Of a stretch of DNA of 64,000 nt, positions 26,521 through 39,209 are shown piece by piece. The DNA is taken from NCBI RefSeq assembly GCF_006345805.1, contig NC_042998.1, positions 66,526,001 to 66,590,000 of the forward strand, given 5' to 3'. This DNA is from Octopus sinensis (Eukaryota). How positions within the stretch are numbered: the first letter of the stretch is position 1; every line of letters begins with the position of its first letter. The notes beneath the pieces are model-generated. The model was given only the letters and a program-made list of their open reading frames with translations, did not search any database and was not told the DNA's origin. The translations under genes were made by a program, and so were the position numbers.

Positions 26521-27114
26521 GGGGCTTCGTTTCCCATTCAGACTGCTCCAGTCTTTGGAATGTCATCCCCGGTGTATGCGGTCTAACATTGTTCCGAATG
26601 AAGATCACCTTTCATTTTGAAATCAAAGACAGTCGTTTTTTTTCTTCTAGCGCTGACATAAATCGCTCACATTACTCTTTTCCCTTCTTTTGGTTTTGGG
26701 TTTAAAAGTTCAAAGTGGACGAAACATTTCATATCCCACCAAACAAATAGCAACACCTTATATGGGGGTAGACCTTATTTAGCCCGGGGTGCCGGTGTTT
26801 CTCCTTTCCTTACCCACTGATTTCGGCGCTTGGCATTTTTATAGAGAACCCGTTTCTCATCACCGGTCACTATTCGGTTAAAAAAAACGTCCATCCAAGA
26901 GACGTGAATAAGAATACGTGTAAGGTAAATTTACTATCTGCTTTTATAGCAAGTTGAAGCATGTAGTTTATCCTCACATCTGCACCTTTACTTCACGCAA
27001 TTGAAAAGACCGCATCATTTATGGGAAGAACCAATATGTATATATATATATATATATAGACATGTATAAACATTCACATGCGTGATTGTACTCACACGCA
27101 TAGAAACTATATAT

Positions 27115-27146
<32 letters not shown>

Positions 27147-28920
27147 CGCACACTGAATATTGTTTCATGTGTAGGAATTGAACTAATGCAATAAATTACG
27201 TGATTAAGTTATTTCAGTTTTCTCCAGTATTCAAATTGAATAATCACTATATGTCGACACTATTTGATATTTAATACATAACTCCATCACCACCACCACC
27301 AAGACTAAGGACTCACTGATTCCTGAAACCTTTCATTAAATATTTACAAGCACGAAAACACATTCTAAATTAATCATGATAATTCCAGGATCATAGCTAT
27401 TAGAAATATCATTTTTTTTTGTTTTAAGAATGCATTGCATGAATGTTGTTTTAGCAAATTTACCACCTTTGGGTTACAATATTATGAGGATGCTTGTTAA
27501 GTCATTACCCAGCGATTTCTTTCTATTTCCTTCTCATTTGTCTTATTTCTCAAACATTTACTCATTGGATTAGGCGATCAGCACGTTCTGGAATTCAGAA
27601 GTGTTCGATATGTTGTTTTCTCAGACTCCTGTTTCATATTGAATGTAGATTCAATAGGCGTAGCATAACACATTCTTGATGCATGGATCTCTAGCGTTGT
27701 AATATAATTCAGCCTTTATAATGTTCTCTGTTTAACTTTTTGAATTCAGTTTGAAGTCATTCTCAACATTTTATATGGCGATTACACATCAGTTATCCCC
27801 ACCACTTAAGTTATGAATAAAATATCAGCTGTTTACTGCCTAATAGCTTCCATTACACATAAATTAACCGCTAATTGGAGCTAGTGCATAAAAATGGGTT
27901 AACATTAATAATCCTCTAATTTGCACAAACACGAATACGAAAATTCACTTCCATATTTTCCTTGTCTATATTCATCGGAGCAGTTGATCATGTATTTTTT
28001 ATCAAAACATTCCAATTTGCTTTTCAATTGCTAGGATCATTCATATACAAACAGTATCAGGAATACGGCATGATTATATTCAGTAATGAGAGTAGTTAAG
28101 TTATGATGTACGGCATTAGAATTTGCTATGCTCTTTCTTTCTGCAGCACTCTATTTAACATTATATTAATTATGTATATAGAACATTAATTACCGAAACA
28201 ATAATCATTGCGCTATTCTCCAAGGCATTATTATTCTCAGTTATTATTAAGCGATGGGTGAAACAACTGGTAGAGGCAGGGAAACGTTGCTAAGTCACGT
28301 CTGAGTGTATATATTTTAAAAGAGTGTTCAGTAAAATGTTCTACATAATAAACCGTCTCTATCGTGCATATCTGCTTAAGAAATTGCACAGACGTCTTTA
28401 AGCAATTGTCGATGTATCGAAATAATGTAATTAATAGACAATAATAATCTAAATTACATTTCAAAATATCTTCTTTTAAGATATACTAGAGTATTCACAC
28501 AACCACGTATTGATATTTACACTATCTTTGAAGATTGCTGTTAAAATTTGAAACACATTAGTGTCTACATTTTGACTAAAACACTGTTTTGCAAAACAGT
28601 AAAATGATTTAATAACAATACATAGAAAATCTCTAATTTTTAAATATATGGGTATGTTATCAGAGAAATTTGAGATATATTTTTCAGTATGTCGAGCGAA
28701 CGCAAACATGGTAGACGCTAAATGTGGGTATTCAGCAAAGCAACAGTTCTTCCTCCTCCAAATTGATAAGCTTTATACAGTACTCATTTTCCAATAAAAC
28801 TGGGTATTTGGTGCCTTTAACAGAGCTCATTCTGTTGGAGGCATTCTCGCCTGCGATCAGCTGGAATAACAATAGGCTTTCTCCTTCACACCAGTCTACG
28901 AAGATTTCTCAAACTTAAAT

Positions 28921-29042
28921 GGATCTATTCCATCACAATCACAGATTTTTAAATTAATTTTTTTAAACTAGTATTCGAAGTTTCAAACTGTTTAGTTAAA
29001 AAAAAATTAATTAAAAATCTGTGATTGAGATGGAATAGATTC
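28921..29042. mobile_element. 122-bp MITE, ~50-bp TIRs and 8-bp TSD (Merlin-like)
   Basis: GGATCTATTCCATC...GATGGAATAGATTC; ACTTAAAT directly repeated at 28913-28920 and 29043-29050. Confidence 0.85.
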
Positions 29043-29251
29043 ACTTAAATTATATGATTTTCTTAGTTTGCCTACAATTTAAATAAAAGTGTCTTGGATC
29101 AAATAATTGTTGCTTCGATTCAGATATTATCCTCATATCAACCTATGTTTCATTCTCTCGCATCAAGGAGGAACATTTTTGTTTTTGCTGTCGTCTGCTG
29201 TTATAATGTTTCCTATCAATTTCGTGTTTCAATATCACTGTTGATATAAGT

Positions 29252-29462
29252 GGCGAGCTGGCAGTAATGTTAGCACGCCGGGCGAAATGCTGAGCGGGAT
29301 TACGTCTGTCTTTATGTTCTGAATTCAAATTCCGCCGAGATCGACTTTGCTTGTCATCCTTTCGGGGATGATAAATTATGTGCCTGTTGCGTACTGGGAG
29401 TCGATCTAATCGACTGCCCCTACTCAAGATTATCAGGCCTTGTGCCTAGACTATAAAAGAAT
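29252..29462 (+). mobile_element. tRNA-derived SINE (family B)
   Basis: ggcgagctggcag head, gaattcaaattccgccgag B-box region, ggggatgataaatt core. Confidence 0.9.
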
Positions 29463-29655
29463 CGTTAAGACTCCGGACAAAATGCTTAGCGCCATTTTGC
29501 ACGTCTTTACATTCTGAGTTCAAATTTGGCCGAGGTTGACTTTCCTTTTCACCCTTTCGGGGTCGATAAAATAAGTACCACTTGAGCAGCGGAGCTGATG
29601 TAGCCGACGTACACTTCCCCGATCTTACTGGCCTTATGGCAAAATTTGAAACCAA
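29463..29655 (+). mobile_element. tRNA-derived SINE (family B), tandem copy
   Basis: gagttcaaatttggccgagg...cctttcggggtcgataaaataagtacc. Confidence 0.85.
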
Positions 29656-29849
29656 TATTAGTATACTATTAAACTTTGGTTGCCAGAATACATATAATAT
29701 GGTTTGAAAGAATGGAATGTGTGCCTTAATGTTCACAAAATAAATTCTACGACGTAGAAACATTCATCGATCTCTTAATTTGTTTTCACAAATGGTGCAC
29801 CTCTGTAACTGCTTCAACAGAGCCACGGATTATTTTCAATACACTCATT

Positions 29850-30110
29850 ATTATATATGAAAATTTATTTCATGGATAATAACTTTGATATAAGCAGGCG
29901 TATGTCACTTTTGAGGTCGGTGGTACCGTGATCTTATATCGATTGTATTTCTGGCAAAATATGTTGATAATTACCAGGCTGTGGCCTTCAAACGTTTGAT
30001 GAAGCATGAATCTATTTAGATTTCCCCGTATACATCCTTTGTGACTAATATATTTGCCCATAAAATATGATCCCTGAGAGTTCATGACTCATTGTGAACA
30101 TTTGCAATAC
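29850..30110 (+). mobile_element. Possible decayed CR1-like RT remnant
   Basis: DLISIVFLAKYVD...KRLMKH...SLRVHDSL loosely matches the region around the KAFD motif. Confidence 0.3.
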
Positions 30111-30479
30111 ACAAGTTGCTGGTAATGAGGTTTCGCAATCTCCGCATTACACTAGCCGCGCGTAAGCACATACAATATAGGCATAAGAAAGTTTATTTAT
30201 GTATTTTTCATATAATAAATGCTAAATAAACTGAAATAAAGCAAGGCAATTAATTTTCGCAAATTATGAGATAAAACACTTACATAATACGTGTTATATA
30301 TATATACATATATGTATACCCCAAATGGAGAATGAGCACAGAAAAAAGCATAAAATGTTTTTGTGTATGCGTGTGAGCTTATATGTGTGCGTGCGTTGTC
30401 GTGCGTACGGGTGGTTATGCCAGTAACGTAGTTTCCTGATTACCTTGATCGGCACCTAGGTCGAAAGATCAATAAGCTT

Positions 30480-30695
30480 AAGGTTGTGAGCGGACAGAAT
30501 CGCCAGCAAGCCGGGCAAAATGCCTAGCAGTATTTCGTCCGTCTTTACACTGATTTCAAACCCCGCCGAGAACGACATTTCCTTTCATTATTCCGGGGTC
30601 AATAAAATAAGAACCAGTTGAACACTGCAATCGATGAAATTGATTTACCTTCTCCCTCTAAACCGCTGGCCTTGAGCTAAAATTGAAACCAATTT
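30480..30695 (+). mobile_element. tRNA-derived SINE (family B), diverged
   Basis: ccgggcaaaatgc...ttcaaaccccgccgag...ggggtcaataaaataagaaccag. Confidence 0.8.
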
Positions 30696-30709
30696 ATATA
30701 AGACCTAAG

Positions 30710-30912
30710 GCTATGAGCTGGTAGAACCGTCAGCATGTCAGAAAAAATCGTAGTGGCCTTTCGTCTGGCATTTCGTTCTCAGTTCAAGTTCCGACTTTGC
30801 CAATTATCTTATCGAGATTGATAAAATAAGTACTAGTTGAGAACTGGGTCGATGCAATCCACTTAACTCTCCGCCGAGTTTGCTGGCTTTGCACCTAATT
30901 TTGAAGCTAATA
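30710..30912 (+). mobile_element. tRNA-derived SINE (family B), diverged
   Basis: gagctggtagaaccgtcagca...gttcaagttcc...gataaaataagtactag. Confidence 0.7.
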
Positions 30913-31346
30913 ACACCATTCAGTATCTTCAATCACAGTCTTCATGAAGTAGTACTACAAGATATTCCGGGATATATTGTCTAGTCTAGGGTGTAAACTA
31001 TGAACATGACGTGCACCAGAAAAAAATGGAAATATATAACACGTAACAGAAATATCTTAGGTACTCACAAGAAAGTGACGGAAAAGAGCAGAAATGGAAA
31101 AAGAGATGAGCGAATATTATTATATATATTTAACAGTGCCGGTGATTTAAATGTAGGTGGTAATGAAGACAATTTTTTTTTCAAAATCATGTAAGATGAT
31201 ATTGGTCGATAAAACCAATTTGAAATGTTCAAATTTATAGTATGCACGTTCAGGAAACACTATAGAAAATAGATGAATAAAGGCACCATATTTGGCTTGA
31301 TTCTTAACTGGAATTGGAGTAGTTCAGTACAAGATGTGAATAACAT

Positions 31347-31763
31347 AGGCGCGTGAATGGCTGTGTGGTAAATAGCTTGCTAGCCAACCACATGGTTTCA
31401 GGTTCATTCCAACTGCGTGGGACTTTGGACAAGTGTCTTCTACTATAGCCTCGGGCCGGCCAAAGCATTGTGAGTGGATTCGGTAGACGGAAGCTGAAAG
31501 AAGCTCGTCGTATATATGTATTTATATATATGTGTGTAAATGTTTGTGTGTCTTTGTTTGTCCCCACAACGTCGCCTGACAGCCGATGCTGGTGTGTTTA
31601 GTTCCCCGTAACTTAGCGGTTCGGCAAAACATACCGATACAATAAGTACTAGGCTTACAAAAAATAAGTCCTGGGGTCGATTTGGTCGACTAAAGGCGGT
31701 GCTCTAGCATGGCCGCAGTCAAATGACTGAAACAAGTAAAAGAGTAAACGAGTAAAAAGAGTA
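31347..31763 (+). mobile_element. tRNA-derived SINE (family A), full length, CR1-like tail
   Basis: A-box TGGCTGTGTGG, B-box GGTTCATTCC, internal (TA)/(TG) tract, tail ggcggtgctctagcatggccgcagtcaaatgactgaaac(aagtaaaagag)n. Confidence 0.9.
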
Positions 31764-31950
31764 ATGGGTAACATTCGAAGACATCTGTAATATGAAAATT
31801 CACGAAATGTTTATATCAGAGCATGTTCTAAAAATATTCGTTAAAATATTTCAATGGAAAAGTAAACACGTTTATCTGGTATCGCTGTCGTAGAAATTAT
31901 TAAAGAAAAACACCGACTGAATTTAGAGAAATAAACTGTATATATTTTCC

Positions 31951-31954
<4 letters not shown>

Positions 31955-32035
<81 letters not shown>

Positions 32036-32076
32036 TGTTTGTGTGTGTGTGTACGTTTGTGTGTGTGTGTGTGTGT
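31955..32076. repeat. (TA)n/(TG)n microsatellite
   Basis: Direct runs. Confidence 0.95.
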
Positions 32077-32549
32077 AATTTTGGAAGAAAATATGTTTGA
32101 AAACGGAGGAAAATAAATCTAAGCTCTTAATCTAGAGAAAAACATGTCAAATTCATTGAATAATATACTTACATTAAAAATAATGCTCTGAAGAAAAGTA
32201 TATACTGTAAAAATCTGAAAAGAAAGCTATTTTCCTTATGGCAAATGCATTTTATACTACAAATGTAATGGGAAACAGAATAGTACTGCAATAATTATAA
32301 GTACGCTGTGAAAATAACGTGATAGTAAATTATAACAGGTAAACTAACGGAGATGAAAAATATCGACTGCTATTGCGAGGTCATAGTTGGCACACAAAAG
32401 AATTAGGTCAAGACAATTATCGCATCCTATAGGAGCGAGAACACGAGTGTTAGTATGGATATTTTAATGCAGATCTCACACTAAATTTGCCAAAACGTAG
32501 TTATTTTACGTAAGAGAAGTAGAAACATTTTTTTGTTTTGCTGCAATAT

Positions 32550-32918
32550 ACCGGTTTCCGAATTTGGCACAAGCCCAGCAATTTTGAGGATGGGGCTAAG
32601 TCGATTTCATCGACCATAGTTTTCTCATCGGGTACTTATGTAATCGACCCCCGAAAGGATGAAAGGCAATGTGGACCTCGGTGGAATTTGAACTCAGAAC
32701 ATAAAGACAGACGAAATACCTATTTCTTTACTACCCACAAGGGGCTAAACACAGAGAGGACAAAAAGGACAGACAAACGGATAAAGTCGATTATATCGAC
32801 CTCAGTGCGTAACTGGTACTTATTTAATCGACCCTGAAAGGATGAAAGTCAAAGTTGACCTCGGCGGAATTTGAACTCTGAACGTAGCGGCAGACGAAAT
32901 ACGGCTACGCATTTCGCA
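32550..32918 (-). mobile_element. Two stacked family B SINE cores (composite)
   Basis: tcgaccc(c)gaaaggatgaaag...gacctcgg(c/t)ggaatttgaactc occurs twice, at ~32645 and ~32828. Confidence 0.8.
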
Positions 32919-32942
32919 CGTAATATATTAAAATTTAAAGAC

Positions 32943-33125
32943 GGCGAGCTGGCAGAAACGTTAGCACGCTGGGCGAAATGCTTAGTGGTATTCCGTCTGT
33001 CTTTACGTTCTGAGTTCAAATTCCACTGAGATTCATTTTACCTTCAATCCACTTGGGTACTGAGGTCGAACTAATGGACTGGCCCTCTCCTCAAAAATTT
33101 CGAACTTTGTGCCTAGAGTAGAGAA
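32943..33125 (+). mobile_element. tRNA-derived SINE (family B)
   Basis: ggcgagctggcagaaacgttagcacgctgggcgaaatgc...gagttcaaattcc. Confidence 0.9.
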
Positions 33126-33264
33126 GAATATAATAAAACTTAATCATAATTAACAAATGATATTTTGCCGGCCACTATATTTTCGTACCAGCCGCCGTTG
33201 AGACCTCAAGTGTACCCGGTCCCCGCACTGCTAGTTCTTTCCGTAAAATCGGTGAAACAGTACC

Positions 33265-33681
33265 CTCTTTACTCTTTTACTCTTTTACTTGTTTCAGTCA
33301 TTTGACTGCGGCCATACTGGAGCACTGCCTTTAGTCAAGCAAATCGACCCGAGGACTTATTCTTTGTAAGGCTAGCACTTATTATATCGGTTTCTTTTGA
33401 CAAACCATTAAGTTTCGGGGACGTAAACACACCAGCATCGGTTGTCAAGCGATTTTGGGGGGACAAACACAGACACACAAACGTATACACACACATACAT
33501 ACATATATACATACATACGACGGGCTTCTTTCAGTTTTCGACTACCAAATCCACTCAGAAGGATTTGGTCGACCCGAGGCTATAGTAGAAGACATTTGCC
33601 CAAGGTGCCACGCAGTGGGACTAAACCTGGAACCATGTAGTTCGTAAGCAAACTAGTTACCACACGATCACTCCTACGCCT
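33265..33681 (-). mobile_element. tRNA-derived SINE (family A), full length
   Basis: Reverse homologue of 31347-31763. Confidence 0.9.
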
Positions 33682-33881
33682 AGCTACTTACCACATGCCT
33701 ATATGAAGAATTTATATAGAATTCTTTAGTTTTACAAAAATGCACTATTAACCTTCACCTACATTACAACCACTAATCTCTAAGTTCTGGCCATATGAAA
33801 CAACACACACTGACGAAAGTGATTCCCGCGAAATTTGGAAAACTTTATTTACGTCATTCATACATACATACATTATACATG

Positions 33882-34250
33882 TGAAGGCGCAATGACCCAG
33901 TGGTTAGGACAGAAGACTCGTGGTCATTGGATGGCGATTTTGATTCTCAGACTCGGCATTGTGAGTGTTCATTGAGCGAAAACACCTGAAGCTCCACGAC
34001 GCTCCGGCAGAGGGTAGTGGCGAACTCTGCTGTACTCCTTCACCACAACTTTCTCTCAATCTCTCTTCCTGCTTCTGTTGTACCTGTATTTTAAAGGGGC
34101 CAACCTTGTCATAAACTGTGTCACGATTAATCTCCCAGAGAACTATGTTAAGTCTACACGTGTCTGTGGAGTGCTCAGCCACTTGCATATTAATTTCATG
34201 AGCAGACAATTCCTTTGATCGCATCAACTAGAACCTTCATCGTCGGAAAT
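33882..34250 (+). mobile_element. tRNA-derived SINE (family C)
   Basis: ggcgcaatgacccagtggttagg tRNA-like head followed by a ~300-bp body; single copy here, family recognised from recall. Confidence 0.7.
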
Positions 34251-36181
34251 GATTGAGTGACATGACATAATACACACATACACACAAACACATACACACA
34301 TACATTGCATTACATTTTATTCCTGAAATAAATATTCGCTAAAAATCTTCCTTTAAAGCCTTACCAGGATTTGATCTCATACCTAGCTGACTTTCTCTCA
34401 AGTGGACCACGATATTTGGAGTGATACGCTAGATTTAAAAATTATCAGTTCATTTTTTCCTGGTAAATTTCGATAACGACCCTCTTTTACAAAATAAGTA
34501 AATAATTATAAAACAAGTATGAGGATAGTTGAGTCCTTTAATGTGGAGCAATATTGTTCTAATTCAATCTCTTAAATACTCAGATATCACAACACAAGCT
34601 CCTATCTTGTAAAAAAGGATGCAGTTGCATTGTCTTCTTCACTCTTATGTTCATCATAATGGCATATTTTCCTTTATGATGCATCATTATACTGCAAAGC
34701 TATCACTGGGATGTTTCAACGAATTCATTTATTAGGAAACGATTTGGGATTACAAACATCACAAATACTTGTGTGTGTGTATGTGTGTGTGTATGTGTGT
34801 GTGTATGTGTGTGTATGTGTGTGTGTGTGTGTTTGCCGTCGTTATTATATACGTGTAAAAATGTAAACGAGACAATAGAAAAAATATTTCTATAAGATGA
34901 TACAATTCTTCACGTATTAGAGTAAAAATTGTTGTCTTCATTTCAATACCGCATTCTTGAAATCCCTTTCTTGTTCGCTAAATTAACTACTATTATAAAC
35001 CATATCTACGCATTTTAATTTGCCTATAAAGCAAGCGATCTAAAATAGACAAAAAGGAAGTAAGTTTTTATTTTCTACTTTGGCAGAAATTACAAAACCC
35101 ATTGTAAAAACCTATATGATGATCAGTACATTTTATGTTGGAGTACATCCAGCAAAATAAATGCTCCGTTCTCTTGTTTGCAAATAAATAACCTGCTATT
35201 TTACAGGAAACATATTAAGATCGTTTTTGATAGAAGAGAGGTTGCTTCGTTTTATTCTAAATACCAAAATATGTTGCTGTTGTTGTTGTTGCTGCTGCTT
35301 TTTCTACTTTAGAATTTTCTAATTGACCTCGTCAATGCATCTATTGTACTATGGCTCCGTTTATCTATAATGTTCTCTCGTAATTTATTTTATTCATGTT
35401 TTACTTAGAATTACAGGTTTTTTTTTGTTTTTGTTTTCGCTCAAATTGATTTTTTTTTCATAGATATTACATTATTAATTTGTTCCTGATTTTTCTGTTT
35501 ATCATCTGACATTATACAATTAACAATAGGTTATTTTGAAAGAATTAACGTAAAAATTGATATCTCTATGGTAAGAATATTACATAAATGAATACATTAT
35601 ACGCAGTAAAGATTATGTGTATAGCGTGTGCAACCATTACAATCACACACAACACACACACATACACACACACGCATACACACAAATACACACGCATAGA
35701 CACACACTCTCAACCCCACATACTCCTCAGATATTCACACACGCATATAGGCAGATAGAAAGGTAGATAGAGTTGATTTTATTCTATAAGCGTTCGTTGG
35801 CTTTTGTGCATTATACTTAACGCGTATGTATACTGATTATCTAAAATAGAAAACACAAACTATTGAAAATATAGAACCGTAGGGCTCTCGGTGTGAGAAA
35901 AGATTTCTGTTTCATTAAATTTAGATTAAGCATGATCTATATGACCGATTATAGAAAGCATTCCAGTCGTGAGCAACTCAACTTTATATGCAAGTGCTAT
36001 GTTAAAATGCTCCCTTCCGTGCTTTTGTATGATGGCAAGAATATTATGTGGAAGAGATTCGATTATCGATTCTTTCAAAACGTGGTGACTCTACCCTTGA
36101 TTTGAAATATATTATTTATTCGGCGGGATTAAAATATCACCATCACTCTTTCAATTATTTACTAGCTACATTATTATTATT

Positions 36182-36316
36182 ACTGTAACACCTCTGTAAC
36201 ACCTCTCATTTTTCGAGCACCTTCCGGAGTATTAGAGCGGTTCCAAGCAGTGCCCTTTTCTGAAAGTGCTCCAATCTTATTGCAGCCCCTATTTGTTCCA
36301 CGTACTTCTCGGGATT
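36182..36316 (-). mobile_element. R4/Dong LINE extreme 3' end (second subfamily)
   Basis: EKYVEQIGAAIRLEHFQKRALLGTALILRKVLEK*, then a short UTR with an 11-bp tandem repeat and an (AAT)n tail. Confidence 0.8.
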
Positions 36317-36625
36317 TGATCTCATATCAAGATAAACAGCACATGACCTAACAGATGGGACCCAGTTAGAATTTTCTTCTAGTCTACTTTAAGGATGTTG
36401 AACGATACACCCATGTTTCCAGAGGTGAATTATTCAAACCCACAAAGAATCCCTCTCAAGACATGGCCATGATGCTCCCCCACTACTTCTGCTAGTGATC
36501 AGAGATGCACTTATTATCAGCCACTAAGGGACATGCTCAACTTGTTAAGGTCAAACAACTGACAAGCAAATCTGTGGTATTGAGCAGATTATTTGCTGTA
36601 GCCCATCTTTTATACCAAGACAAAA

Positions 36626-36627
<2 letters not shown>
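36317..36627 (-). mobile_element. 550-bp family, truncated and internally deleted copy
   Basis: Reverse homology to ~5480-5830. Confidence 0.85.
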
Positions 36628-36689
<62 letters not shown>

Positions 36690-37245
36690 GAGTGAGAGAG
36701 CAGTTCATGCCGTCAAAGTGACACTGGGGTAAAATATACGAAGCCCAATATACCCATCATGACTACCCGTCTGATAAAGGTACACCAGGCACATGCATCA
36801 CAACCATATGTGCGCGACATGGTGATCTCATATCAAGATAACAGCACATGACCTTGCAGGTGGGGCCCAGTTAGAATTTTCTTCAGGTTGAGTAGCCCAT
36901 CCCGCTCAAACGGTCCCTGAATAAGGGTTGTTTAAGGATGTTGAAAGAACCACCCATTTTCCAGAGGTGAACTATTCAAACCCCAAGAATCCCTTCAACA
37001 CATGGCTATGATGCTCTCCCCACTACTTCTGCTCGTGATCAGGATGCACATATCGTCATCGTCAGCCACTAAGGGACATGCTCAACTGGTTAAGGTCAAA
37101 CAACTGACAAGCAAATCTGTGGTATTGAGCAGAATATTTGCTGTAGCCCATCTTTTATACCAAGACAAAACAATGTACATGATAACACTTCCAATCAGTT
37201 AAGATCAGAAGCCATGAGAGCCACTGCCTGGTACCGCATCAGGCA
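36690..37245 (-). mobile_element. 550-bp family, full copy between (ATT)n tracts
   Basis: Reverse complement of 5409-5961. Confidence 0.9.
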
Positions 37246-37270
37246 ATTATTATTATTATTATTATTATTA

Positions 37271-37302
<32 letters not shown>

Positions 37303-37530
37303 TATTATTATTATTTTTTCCTTCTTCTTCAAATTTTCTTCCGTTTCTCGCCGAGTGTTTTCCATACACCTAGGGCAGAGAAGGGCATTGTATGCATTCC
37401 CAGATTACACGCGCAAATTCACAGATAAAATATGTATTTAAAAATTAATAAATAAATAAATTCATGCATGGATGTTATTTTCACAACGATAGTCCTCTTC
37501 TCAGTACATGAGCCGTTCCAGTTAATACGA

Positions 37531-37562
<32 letters not shown>

Positions 37563-37565
<3 letters not shown>

Positions 37566-37833
37566 TAGTTTTATTTTTATAGCGTGCTTTCACTTCACTA
37601 CCGAGCGCAGCTCTGTGTGCCTTGGGTATGTGCTGTGATTTGTTGTGATGCTCTGATGGTTATTGTATGAAAAGTGTTCTGCGTAGGATGTGTGCAGTGC
37701 CCAGTAGTGCAATTTTCTGTATGTTATATGTGTTTGTAAGTCCTGGTGTTTTTGTTATGTATTTGTCTGAATATTTTTTTATCATGCCTAATGCACCTAC
37801 TATGATAGGAATTGTTTCTGTTTTCAGATTCCA

Positions 37834-37835
<2 letters not shown>
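37563..37835 (-). mobile_element. R4/Dong LINE 3' fragment
   Basis: WNLKTETIPIIVGALGMIKK...QKIALLGTAHILRRTL, 3' UTR and (AAT)n tail. Confidence 0.9.
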
Positions 37836-37874
<39 letters not shown>

Positions 37875-37911
37875 TATTATTATTATTATTATTATAATTA
37901 TTATTATTATT

Positions 37912-38424
37912 CAGTAGTTTTATTTTTATAGCGTGCTTTCACTTCACTACCGAGCGCAGGTCTGTGCGCCTTGGGTATGTGCTGTGATTTGTTGTGATGC
38001 TCTGATGGTTATTGTATGGAAAGTGTTCTGCGTAGGATGTGTGCAGTGCCCAGTAGTGCAATTTTCTGTATGTTATATGTGTTTGTAAGTCCTGGTGTTT
38101 TTGTTATCTATTTGTCTGAATATTTTTATCATGCCTAATGCACCTACTATGATAAGAATTGTTTCTGATTTTAGATTCCACATTCTGGTTACCTCTATCC
38201 AGGTCTTTGTATTTTGAAAGTTTCTCCATTTCTTTTAGAGACACGTTGTCATCTGCCGGTATTGATACATCAATTAGAAAGCATTTTTTTTCTTCATGCT
38301 CTCTGACAACTATATCTGGTCTGTTGGCCTTAATTTCTCTATCTGTGTGTATCGGCATATCCCAGAGTATGGTTGCTTTCTCGTTTTCTGTGACCTTTTC
38401 TCATGTGTGCCTATACCATCTTTA
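37912..38424 (-). mobile_element. R4/Dong LINE 3' fragment with restriction-like endonuclease motif
   Basis: ILWDMPIHTDREIKANRPDIVV...CFLIDVSIP.D...KLSKYKDL; same 3' end as 37563-37835. Confidence 0.92.
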
Positions 38425-38497
<73 letters not shown>

Positions 38498-38536
38498 CAT
38501 TATTATTATTATTATTCATTTATTTATTTATTTATT
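38425..38536. repeat. (ATT)n/(ATTT)n microsatellite
   Basis: Direct runs. Confidence 0.95.
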
Positions 38537-38537
38537 A

Positions 38538-38770
38538 AGGCGGTGAGCTGGCAGAAACTTTAACCTTCTGGACGAAATGCGTAACGATATTTCGTCCACA
38601 TTCAAGTTCTGATTTCAAATACCGCCGAGGTCCAATTTGCATTTCATTCTTTCGGCGTCGATAAATTAAGTGCCAGTAGCGGTTACGTGCTGCGATCGAC
38701 AAATCCCTGTCAAGCGCTTGCATGGGTACCAGTCTTGAAGCGGCCTTGTGCCAACATAAGATCTAGAAGA
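38538..38770 (+). mobile_element. tRNA-derived SINE (family B), diverged
   Basis: gcggtgagctggcagaaac...ttcaaataccgccgagg...gtcgataaattaagtgccag. Confidence 0.8.
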
Positions 38771-38984
38771 AAACATTGCAATTATAAGTGTTATTATTGT
38801 TGTTGTTGCTGTTGTTAATTTCCGGCTCTGTATGTTCTCAGTTCAAATGTAACGTAGCCTAGACCACCTATCGTTTCGCCCGTTCAAAGTTGATAAAATA
38901 AATATGAACAGAGCAATGGTGTGGCTATAATTGAATTGTTTTCTCTCCGCAAATTTCAGGCCATGTGCCTATAGAGAAAACAAA

Positions 38985-39178
38985 AATCTGTTGTTGTTGC
39001 CCTTCTTCTTCTTCTTCTTCTTCTTCTTCTTCTTCTTCTTCTTCTTCTTCTCTTCTTCTTCTTCTTCTTCTTCTTCTTCTTCTTCTTCTTCTTCTTCTTC
39101 TTCTTCTTCTTCTTCTCTCTTCTTCTTCTTCTTCTTCTTCTTCTTCTTCTTCTTCTTCTTCTTCGTCTTCTTCTTCTC

Positions 39179-39209
<31 letters not shown>

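Noticed and set aside
27500-28200. Traces of RTE-like and CR1-like peptides on the minus strand
   Set aside because: Too degenerate for a supported call by eye.
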